Assembly: GCA_951406725.2 (NCBI GenBank)
Contig: OX597836.1
Span: 36,890,001-36,954,000, forward strand
Direction of reading: 5' to 3'
Source of the DNA: Octopus vulgaris
Lineage: Eukaryota
Length of the DNA stretch: 64,000 nt
How positions within the stretch are numbered: position 1 is the stretch's first letter; each line of letters opens with the position of its first letter. The position numbers were made by a program, and so were the translations under genes. Of this stretch, positions 53,582 through 64,000 are shown one piece after another. The notes under the pieces are model-generated. The model was not told the DNA's origin. It saw only the letters and a program-made list of their open reading frames with translations, and searched no databases.

Positions 53582-53944
53582 ATCGTTATGTTATATTACT
53601 GAGTTTAAGGAAGAATTTGAATAATTTCACTGTTTTGTGTTGTACTGTATTTCGTTTCCACAGGCAACAAAACGTCTATATCGTTGTAGCCTTCGAATTT
53701 CGCCTACATTGATTTTTACCTGTGAGCTTTTCGCTGACAGTAAAAATAAATAGCAATGGACCGAGCAATGGAGTTAAAAGAACGATCAGCCATTAAGTCA
53801 TACAACCTTTATTCGCCTCTTTGCCTTTTGATCTCTATTCTTGCCACAGCCTGCCTGGAAGGTAGATTTAGTACGTCTCCCGGTCTAAAACCATGACACT
53901 ACACCTTCGATGGGCATGGGTCCTCTGAATATAAAAAAAAATAT

Positions 53945-54478
53945 GTGGCTGTGTGGTAAGTAGCTTGCTTACCAGCTACATGGTCCCGGGTTCAGTTCCA
54001 CTGCGTGGCACCTTGGGCAAGTGTCTTCTACTATAGTCTCCGGCTGACCAAAGCCTTGTGAGTGGATTTGGTAGACGGAAGCTGAAAGAAGCCCGTCGTA
54101 TATATGTGTATATATATAAATATATATATATATGTGTGTGTGTGTGTATGTATGGATGGATGGAGGGATGTGCGTGTATATATATATGTGTGGGGGGTGT
54201 ATGTATGTATATATATATGTGTGTGTGTATGTATGTATATATGTATGTGTGTGTATATGTTTGTGTGTCTGCGCTTGTCCCCCCAACATCGCTTGACAAC
54301 CAATACTGGTGTGTTTTACGTCCCCGTAACTTAGCGGTTCGGCGAAATAGACCGATGGAATAATTACTAGGCTTACAAAGAATAAGTCCTGGGGTCGATT
54401 TTCTGGACTAAAGGCGGTGCTCCAGCATGGCCGCAGTCAAATGACTCAAACAAGTAAAAAAAATAGAATAGAATAAAA
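53945..54478 (+). mobile_element. SINE family A with expanded internal microsatellite
   Basis: Head, body and tail match. Confidence 0.9.
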
Positions 54479-54675
54479 GCGTACATAAACGTCATTGTGA
54501 CTTGAGCGTTTAGCAGACAGGTACAGGCATGAACGGACTGACACAGGTCTCATACTATAGACTCCCATTTTTTCTATGTACATATTTGCCCACCTGTATA
54601 TACTTACGTACCTGTGTATGTGTTTGTGTTTTTAAGTTTATATACATATATATATATATACATATATATTTTTTT

Positions 54676-54901
54676 TTCTCTATTGCCCACAAGTTGCTAA
54701 ACATAGAGAAGACAAACAAGGATAGACTAAGAGATTAAGTCGATTACATCGATCCCAGTATGTAACTGGTACTTTATTTATCGACCCCGAAAGGATGAAA
54801 GTCAAAGTCGACCTCGGCGGAATTTGAACTCAGAACTTAACGGCAGACAAAATATCGCTAAGCATTTGGGCCGGCGCTCTAACGTCTCTGCTAGCTCGCC
54901 T
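54676..54901 (-). mobile_element. SINE family D monomer
   Basis: Homology to D. Confidence 0.87.
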
Positions 54902-55030
<129 letters not shown>

Positions 55031-55035
55031 ATATG

Positions 55036-55087
<52 letters not shown>

Positions 55088-55097
55088 TATGTGTATG

Positions 55098-55131
<34 letters not shown>

Positions 55132-55930
55132 ATTAGAGAGAGGGTAGATATTTTATTCATGGTAATTTCGTCCACAAAGCAACTGATATTCATTAAATAA
55201 AGTACGTGTCTTGTGATCTCGCATTGATTCAAAACATTCTGTTGGACTATTTTCACGGTAATGTTAAAAGTATATATTTATTGAATATACACCAGACAGT
55301 ATATGTAACCTTAATAAACATGCACAGACGCTCGCACGCACACACACGTAAACACACGCGCACCAATGTAAACACACGCAAGTGTATATAGTTGATACCA
55401 TTAGAATTTATAACTTTCGATCGAACGTAAATTTTTTTTCTTTTATTGGTAACGGTAGATATCGAAGCACATATTCAAAAACTTTTTTCAAACCAATATT
55501 TAAACTTTGTTATACGTACATGCATATACACACATACGAATACATACACACACTCAAACACGCACACATACGTACACACGCACACCAGATAGACAAAGTT
55601 TAATTCCCAATATGCAAATAAAGATATTCTGAATAAAATATTTAAGGAGTGCATATACACAACTACTCAAGCGTATGTGATGTACACAATATGTGTCTAT
55701 ATGAATCAAACTACTGTGTAGACTTTTAGACACGAAGTGCTTTACACCATACAACTTATACATACATATATATATATGTTTGTGCGTGTGTGTGTGTGTG
55801 TGTTTCTGTGGCTTTTCACCTCATCAGCCACTGTTGCACTAAGATTAATTAATAATTCTGCACGAATGCATTTGTGTGCTTAATATGTATACATGTACAG
55901 TGATGTCTGTGTGTATATACAAATTACACA

Positions 55931-55987
<57 letters not shown>

Positions 55988-55991
<4 letters not shown>

Positions 55992-56151
55992 AGTGTATTT
56001 TTACCTTGTTAACAATTAACACGGAAAAACTAAATAAATAGTTACCAGGGCAGCAAAATCTCACAAGTAAAGGTGTTGTAACTCCTTGTTTATAAAGGTA
56101 GAAACTTCGTGTTTACGTTGAATATTTTGCGTTAACTCCATTTTTTTTTTA

Positions 56152-56159
<8 letters not shown>
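55988..56159 (-). mobile_element. Miniature derivative of the Penelope at 17.5-19.9 kb
   Basis: 55988-56129 is the reverse complement of tail 19773-19914; 56128-56159 is pLTR end 19743-19769 in opposite orientation; microsatellite flanks. Confidence 0.85.
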
Positions 56160-56195
<36 letters not shown>

Positions 56196-56390
56196 TATAC
56201 TGATACTATACTTAGAATCGCTTCCACCATAGGTAAACGTTAAGCAATAATTTATATTCTTTGTTACATGATTATTAGTTGACTACAGTCAATATGAGAG
56301 CTAACGGCTTAAATTATGGCATAAATTATCATATATTTGCTTCCAAAAGTTTACGTCAAGTTGTGGCTGTAGCAATTTTTTACATAACAG

Positions 56391-57250
56391 ATAATAATAA
56401 TAGCAAGCTGGCACTTCGTATCAATGCATATATACCTATATGACGAAGAGATGTATTTTAATATCAATTCACATACCGACGAGAAAAATTCTTAGCAGCA
56501 TCTCGTCTATATTTACGATCTGATTTCAAATTCTCCCGAGGTCGACTTTGCCTTTCACTCTTTCGGAGTCGATAAAATAAGTACCTGTTAAGCACTGGAG
56601 TCGATGTAATCGACTTACTCATCCCCGAATTTGCTCGCCTTGTGCTAAAATTTGAAACCAATATTTCTATAAAACAATAACAATAATAATTAGTAGTCTA
56701 GCACTTCATATCAATGTATATACACCTAAATGACGCAGAAATGTATTTTGATATCAATTGCATTAACGGCGGTGAGATGACACAATCGTAAGCACGTGGA
56801 GAAAAACGCTTAGTAGCAAGCCGTCCGTCCTTTTACGTTTCGATTTCAAATACCCGCGAAGTGGCCCTTACCTTTCATCGACTCGGGGTCGATAAAATAA
56901 GTACCAGCTGAGTACTTGGGTTGAGGTAAACGACTTATCTCCTGCGAAGTTGCTGGCATGGTACCAAAATCTGAAACCAGTATCAATTCACTTCAATCAC
57001 ATATATATACTTATTATTTGGTATTCTTTTAAGACAGTGTACTTGTAGAATTGTTAGTGCATCAACAAAATGCCCGACGACGTTTCTTCCACTTTTGCGT
57101 TCTGAATTGAAATTCTACCGCGGTTGACTTCGCCTTTTACTCTCTTTTGGTATCAATGAAATAAGCACTAGCTGAGCAGCGCAGTCGACACTTGGTGTAA
57201 CTGACATATCCCTGTATCCAAAATTTCAAGCTTCGTTGCCTACATTAGAA
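56391..57250 (+). mobile_element. Three decayed family-D SINEs with duplicated flank
   Basis: D core at about 56520, 56840 and 57100. Confidence 0.7.
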
Positions 57251-58669
57251 GGAATTGCTTCATGTTCAAATCAATACTTTGTTTTTACATAGTTTGGTTG
57301 GTTTTATTTTTATTTGTAAAGTTTTATCCAGACGAAGAAGTATAAAAATGTGACTTTGAAAGAATGAAAGGCAAAGTCGACCTCAGTGGAATTTAAAATG
57401 AGAACGTAAACATGGACGAAATGCTACTAAGAATTTTTCCCGCCTGTATGTCAATTGATTTTAAAATACATCTCTTCGTTATATAGGTATATATGCTTTT
57501 ATATGAAGCGCCAGTTTACTATTATTATTATCTGTTATATCAAACATAGCTACGGCCATCAATGTAGCTTTGATGATAATACTTAGCTGTTCATCAAGTC
57601 CGATGGTCAGAACGGACGAATTTTTTTTAGACTGGAGTAGTAAACGAAATATTTACAATAGAGGTATTTTACTTAAGTGATGGATTAAAACCAACTATAG
57701 AAAGTTACTCAAACGACACTTTCCTTGAGATTTCAGAGTGTTTGCATCTAGATTTTATTCCCAAAGCTTTAACAGATCCGAAAGCTTTGACAGAAGACGT
57801 TAAGTCTATGTGCCGAAGAGTAGAATTGAACATGAAACTACATTTTTACAAAAGGAGATTCTAGTCACATGACTGTGTCTGTATCCTGGATTTAAACATT
57901 AATTATTGATGTTGAACAGGAAAGAGTGAAATGAAAACTGAAAAAAACTCAGAAAAGACTATTTCGTGTTGTTATCGTGCATTTGTTGGACGCCATTGTA
58001 ACAAAAGACGTTCCACTGTGGTTGTCGGTCTTCATTTTGTATAAATGAATATATACAACTTATACTTGTAGCATTCAGTTATAAGCTAAGTACTCACCAC
58101 CTCAGACTAGTACTTAGGCCTAAAATAATCTGGTCGGATAATATTTGCGAGCTCATTAAAACTGAAGGGATGCATCGAAGCGAGCGTTGGTAAAAACACA
58201 AATTGATATTAATGATAATAGAACATTTTCACCAAGAAAATAATCTGTAGTCTTATTATATATAAAGCCAACGTAATAATAATACAACGTTCCAAATCTG
58301 CAGTAAACAGTTTTATAATTCAAAATGACATTGTAGTCAGGAAAGGAATTAATTATTCAAAATATGTATGTTTATATTATATTATATTCAATGCATTATT
58401 GATAAATATACATAACTGTCTCAAAATTAACAAAGCTGATACGAAAATTTATCAATTGCGAATAACGTCATTATATTAAAAAACAAAGAAATACTTGGCT
58501 AGAAGTATGATTCTCGCACAAAATATTACTGAATTCAAAAGAACTGAATGCAATAATATTTGCCGAAAGAAATTCACCCCGAATAGGGTATTGAAATGTT
58601 TAACTTTCAGAAACCTTCTGCGCAATCAGCCTAGTTAATGTCATTGAAGAACGACTTTGGAAATACATT

Positions 58670-59054
58670 TGGATGGAAGCACTCCGTCGGTTACGACGAC
58701 GAAGGTTCCGGTTGACCCGATCAACGGAACAGCCTGCTCGTGAAATTAACGTGTAAGTGGCTGAGCACTCCACAGACACGTGTACCCTTGACGTATTTCT
58801 CGGGGATATTCAGCGTGACACAGAGAGTGACAAGGCCGGCCATTTGAAATACAAATACAACAGAAACAGGAAGTAAGAGTGAGAGAAAATTGTGGTGAAA
58901 GAGTACAGCAGGGATCACCACCATCCCTGCCGGAGCCTCGTGGAGCTTTAGGTGTTTTCGCTCAATAAACACTCACAACGCCCGGTCTGGGAATCGAAAC
59001 CGCGATCTTACGACCGCGAGTCCGCTGCCCTAACCACTGGGCCATTGCGCCTCC
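58670..59054 (-). mobile_element. SINE family B, full length, 12-bp TSD
   Basis: TGGAAATACATT 58658-58669 / TGGAAACACATT 59055-59066. Confidence 0.92.
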
Positions 59055-59287
59055 TGGAAACACATTATTTAGTATATCACCACTTTATCGCTGTGTTTTA
59101 GGAAGATTTCATTCCCATTTTCATGGCCAAAGGCATCCTAGCCGTAAGTAGCCGGTTTATATGTTCATTAGTTAGTGGATATATAGATTTTTGAAACTCA
59201 CTGTATTATGTGAGAGAGATCTGGCTACTGCTATATGTATATAAGGTCTTTATGTATGTATACATAAATATACGTAAATTTATATGT

Positions 59288-59688
<401 letters not shown>

Positions 59689-59795
59689 ATGTGTATATAT
59701 TTTTATTTATTTATTTTTTTATTTTATCTAGTTTCAGCTCACGAGCTGTGGCGATGCTGGGGCACCGCCATTTATATATATATATATATATATAT

Positions 59796-60379
59796 ACAAA
59801 TTGAGATAGGGGTTGTAAATGCAACCCTCTATGGGATAACGTATACCTAATATACTGCTAGTGAAGTACCCAAAAAAGTTAATACATAAATGTTAATGAT
59901 TGCGATGCAATCAATTCATTTACTGTATTATATGGGCAAAGGTACAATGAGTTATACAAGATAAGAAAATGGAGAAATACATCTAAATCAAATATCAATT
60001 ACCAGATAATATTCAATCACATACTTTATTAAACCACCTCATAAGAGACTGTAGGGTTAAATATAAAAGGCAGAACAAATCAGTGTACATAAAGGAATGT
60101 ACATAAAAAAGTGTACACAAAAGAGTAACGTTGTATAATAATTAGAATATATATAAAAAAAAATATAAATACAAGTAATATAATATAAGTATAAATTTGA
60201 TCTAATTTATACTCTTTTATGTACACTTTTTTTATGTACATTCCTTTATGTACACTGATTTGTTCTGCTTTTTATATTTAACCCTACAGTCTCTTATGTG
60301 GCGGTTTAATAAAGTATGTGATTGAGTATTATCTGGTAATTGATATTTGATTTAGATGTATTTCTCCATGTTCTTATCT

Positions 60380-60385
<6 letters not shown>
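59796..60385. mobile_element. Foldback element with one-sided tail in (TA)n
   Basis: About 175-bp inverted arms 59953-60126 / 60210-60385; tail 59796-59952. Confidence 0.75.
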
Positions 60386-60430
<45 letters not shown>

Positions 60431-60443
60431 GTATGTATGTATG

Positions 60444-60496
<53 letters not shown>

Positions 60497-60904
60497 ATGT
60501 GTATATGTATATACGTGAGTATATGTGTGTATGTTTGTATGTGTGTATGTATGTATGTATGTACCACAGAGTTACTAAATGATAAGATGATTTAATGAAG
60601 GTACGAGCAGCCATCGTTCCTTGGGTGTGAGTGGTGCAATGAAATTTTATGACCATAAAACAATAAAAGCTTGTTAGATTAATTCGTTTCACGATAATAA
60701 AAGGAGCGATTATAAAAATAGCTAAACTAAGAAAATTGTATGATCAGATAGACAGACAGATACCTCCCTACACACGTACATAGAGAGAGAGGGAGATTTG
60801 GAAGTTTGATGGATTAATATAGATGTTGAAAATTAATGATGACAGCAGTTTGCAATGTTTCTCCATAAAGGAAAACTATAATACTCACTTAATGTAACTA
60901 GTTG

Positions 60905-61305
60905 ACTCTTTTACTGCTTTCAGTCATTTGACTATGGCCATGTTGTAGCATCGCCTTTAGTCGAGCAAATCAACCCCAGGGCTTATTCTTTGTAAGCCTA
61001 GTACTTATTCTATCGGTCTCTTTTTGCCGAAACGCTAAGTTACGGGGACGTAAACACACCAGCATCGGTTGTCAAGCGATGTTGGGAGGACAAACACAGA
61101 CACACAAACATATACACACACAAACACACACACACATATATACGACGGGCTTCATTCAGTTTCCGTCTGCCAATTCCACTCACTTGGCTTTCGTCGGCCC
61201 GAGGCTATAGTAGAAGATACTTGCCCAAGGTGCCACGCAGTGGGACTGAACCCGGGACCATGTGGTTCGTAAGCAAGCTACTTACCACACAACCACTCCT
61301 ACGCC
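60905..61305 (-). mobile_element. SINE family A
   Basis: Full-length match. Confidence 0.9.
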
Positions 61306-61481
61306 TTTATGTTAGTTAAAAACACGTACATCGCTAGAAATGAGTTCTAAAGGGCTCTAATGTTGTAGGAACAATTATGTGATTTGACTACAGTACTAGT
61401 GCAATTTAGTTCTTATTTCCAGCAATCTAGTTGTTTCTAACATAACGATTCCCATTTAGTGACGATTATGTGTGAGTGATT

Positions 61482-61525
<44 letters not shown>

Positions 61526-61699
61526 GCGTGTGTTTTTGTGTGTGTGTGTGTGCCTGTTTTCTTGTGATTTACCTTGGATATATTGCGCATTGTTCCCGAC
61601 TTAGCAAATAATTTTATATAATACATTCCTCACAATGCTTCATACTAACTATTCCTTTATACATATAGAGAGAGGTGGATAGGTGGGAGAGAGGGGGAG

Positions 61700-61820
61700 A
61701 GAGGGAGAGAGACAGGAGAGGGAGAGAGAGACAGGAGAGGGAGAGAGAGACAGGAGAGGGAGAGAGAGACAGGAGAGGGAGAGAGAGACAGGAGAGGGAG
61801 AGAGAGACAGGAGAGGGAGA
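61700..61820. repeat. 19-bp purine minisatellite (GGAGAGAGAGACAGGAGAG)x6
   Basis: Direct inspection. Confidence 0.9.
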
Positions 61821-61867
61821 GTTAGACAGAAAGATAGACAGACAGGTAGATGGATAGATAGATAGAG

Positions 61868-61935
<68 letters not shown>

Positions 61936-61988
61936 GGATGGATGGATAGATATATGGATAGATAGATGGATGGATGGATGGATGGATT

Positions 61989-62024
<36 letters not shown>

Positions 62025-63338
62025 TGTTTCTTTATTAGCCACACAGGGCTGCACACAGATAGAACAAATTACAAGGTAGAGCTTTTCTTTTGAAGGTTTA
62101 AAAAAAAAAAAAAAAAAAAAAAAAGGAAGGGGGAGTTTCGATCAAAAGGGATCGTAAAAGGAGAGAAAGAGGACAAAAAAAAGGGGGGTTAAAAAAAAAA
62201 GGGGGAGAGGAAAAAAAAAAAAAAAATTGATCAATAGGGATCGTTATCACAGAAATGTCAATATGAAGTGTAAAGGGGAGGACAGGTGAGGTTTACCCGT
62301 GGAAAGAAAAGCCTACGGAAAAGACCACGGTAACCTCGGTCAATGAAGTCACATTTTATATTTCTTTTTTTTTTTTCTTTTTTTTGCAAATAAGCAACTC
62401 TCTGTTTTCGATTTCTGGGTTCATAGGACTATGCTCAAGGTGGCTTCGTCATTCATACGTGCCATTCTTGCTACATTCACCCATCTTTTTTTAAAACATT
62501 CGCTAGACAAAACTTGCCTCTCTACTCTCACTTTCCTTTTCAAGTGGTACTTGAAGAAGTTGATGAGAGATTGACCAGAGAGGAAAGTGTTTGTCTCCAA
62601 TCCTTTCAGACGCGTCCACCAGATACATTCTTTCGCCATAGCCACAAGGATGATGAAAATAGCTCTTCCTTCCCGTTTGAAGGAAGGAGGCGTGACAATA
62701 TTGACGATAGACTCAGCTGATAAACCGACTCGTCCCACACGTGACAGCAGTTGTTCGACATAAGCCCACAGGTCGGAAATTGTTGGGCACTGAACGAGTG
62801 CGTGCAGAACGGTTTCGTCGCTCTGACCGCATCTCGGGCAGGTCGGCCCCGTGTTTCTCGAGCCGTGTCTGTAGAGCTTATCCCGAACGGGTAGCGCTTC
62901 TCGGTAGCACTGCCAGGCCAGGGATCTCTGGAAGTTGTCCATGGGCCCTGGCCCGAAGGTCGTCCTGAACAGGCGGGTCAGGTACTCCTCGTCGACGTCC
63001 AGGTTCGCCCCGAGCTCGTCGTCGTACTTCCCCTCCACTAAACCCCTATAGAATGCTTTGGTTGTGTTGAAGTCACTTAAGGTCGACCCAGGACGGCAGA
63101 GTTGCTTGAGAGCAACGCGACACTCGCGGTGCCATTCGCCCTTCCTCGGCCTCTTTTTGATCCACGACTGCAGTTCGGTCATGGAGACGAGCTGCGGGAA
63201 AGCGTGCCTCACAAACGGCGACCACACCTGTTCACCGTCGTCTACATAGAGCCAGAGATGCCGCAGTCTCAGCGCGTGTCTGCGCATCATCAACCACGGC
63301 ATGCCCAGCCCTCCTTTTAACGGGTGTTGACAGCAAAA
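62025..63338 (-). mobile_element. 5'-truncated Tx1/L1-clade LINE in (GATA/GATG)n
   Basis: Uninterrupted ORF2 C-terminus plus 3' UTR ending AATAAAGAAACA; microsatellite on both sides. Confidence 0.9.
62421..63338 (-). CDS. LINE ORF2 C-terminal part (post-RT GGLG motif, zf-RVT CCHC finger); 5'-truncated
   Basis: KGGLGMP; [16 protein letters not shown]; [19 protein letters not shown]; ECIWWTR; no stops over about 305 codons. Confidence 0.85.
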   Translation of the reverse strand, partial: FCCQHPLKGGLGMPWLMMRRHALRLRHLWLYVDDGEQVWSPFVRHAFPQLVSMTELQSWIKKRPRKGEWHRECRVALKQLCRPGSTLSDFNTTKAFYRGLVEGKYDDELGANLDVDEEYLTRLFRTTFGPGPMDNFQRSLAWQCYREALPVRDKLYRHGSRNTGPTCPRCGQSDETVLHALVQCPTISDLWAYVEQLLSRVGRVGLSAESIVNIVTPPSFKREGRAIFIILVAMAKECIWWTRLKGLETNTFLSGQSLINFFKYHLKRKVRVERQVLSSECFKKRWVNVARMARMNDEATLSIVL

Positions 63339-64000
63339 GATAGATAGATAGATAGATGGATAGATAGATGGATAGATAGATGGATGGATGGATGGATGGA
63401 TGGATGGATGGATGGATGGATTGATAGATAGATAGATACATAGATACATAGATAGATAGATAGATAGATAGATAGACAGATAGATAGATAGATAGATAGA
63501 TAGATCGACAGATAGATAACCAAGTAATTCAGACGGTATTAAGATATTGAATAGGCTGTATTTTAAACCAGATTAGTAATAATAATTAGTCCAGACTGGT
63601 ATATAGAGATACAGACAGAGATTAATAGAAAAATAGGCTGAGAGCCATAAGAAATATTATAATCCTATTTAAACGATGGCGCATTTAAATCTAAGAAGAT
63701 ATATTCATGCAGTGAGACAAAGTGATAAACGGACAGAAAATATAGAGAGATTTTAGTGCTGATTTATGATGTGAATTAAACATCAAAAGTAATTAGGTGT
63801 ATAATTATACTGTGACGACAAATTATAGTGATTGTATACAATAATTTCGGCAAGCAGGTGAGATAACACCAGGTATGTTTCAATCCTTTGAGATCTCAAA
63901 AGTAAAACAGTGGGCTATATATTATTTCATGATTTATTTTTTTTACTTGTTTCTCTCACTAAACTGCGGCCATGCTAGAGTACCGTCTTCAAGACCTCGC

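Noticed and set aside
55800-55835. Complete hammerhead on minus strand
   Set aside because: CTGATGA, stem II and GAAA present, but the cleavage site is replaced by (CA)n; counted only as partial.
63339-63449. N-terminus of the 342-aa ORF
   Set aside because: Microsatellite read-through upstream of the truncated LINE.

Overview
AT-rich eukaryotic, repeat-dominated DNA. The SINE repertoire and very dense (TA)n/(GATA)n/(CA)n microsatellites suggest an octopus or other cephalopod genome (inference). No intact host protein-coding gene is visible; most ORF-track entries are microsatellite or SINE artefacts. Contents: four recurrent tRNA-type SINE families (my labels A-D, about 30 copies, with shuffled heads and tails); a 5'-truncated Penelope element (RT end + GIY-YIG) with 531-bp inverted pLTRs inside the (TA)n of a SINE; fragments of Tx1/L1, CR1, RTE and R4-like LINEs; a 1,026-bp solo LTR; mariner/Tc1 remnants; a MITE; a Helitron-like end. 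The most unusual layer is RNA-structural: about ten hammerhead-ribozyme (HHR)-like motifs, many with non-canonical cores, in small foldback elements. The best candidate system is a 395-bp insertion (32493-32887): a 353-nt heavily base-paired HHR unit with 42-nt terminal redundancy and an 11-bp target-site duplication, as expected for a retrotransposed circular RNA (retrozyme-like). All alignments and folds were read by eye.
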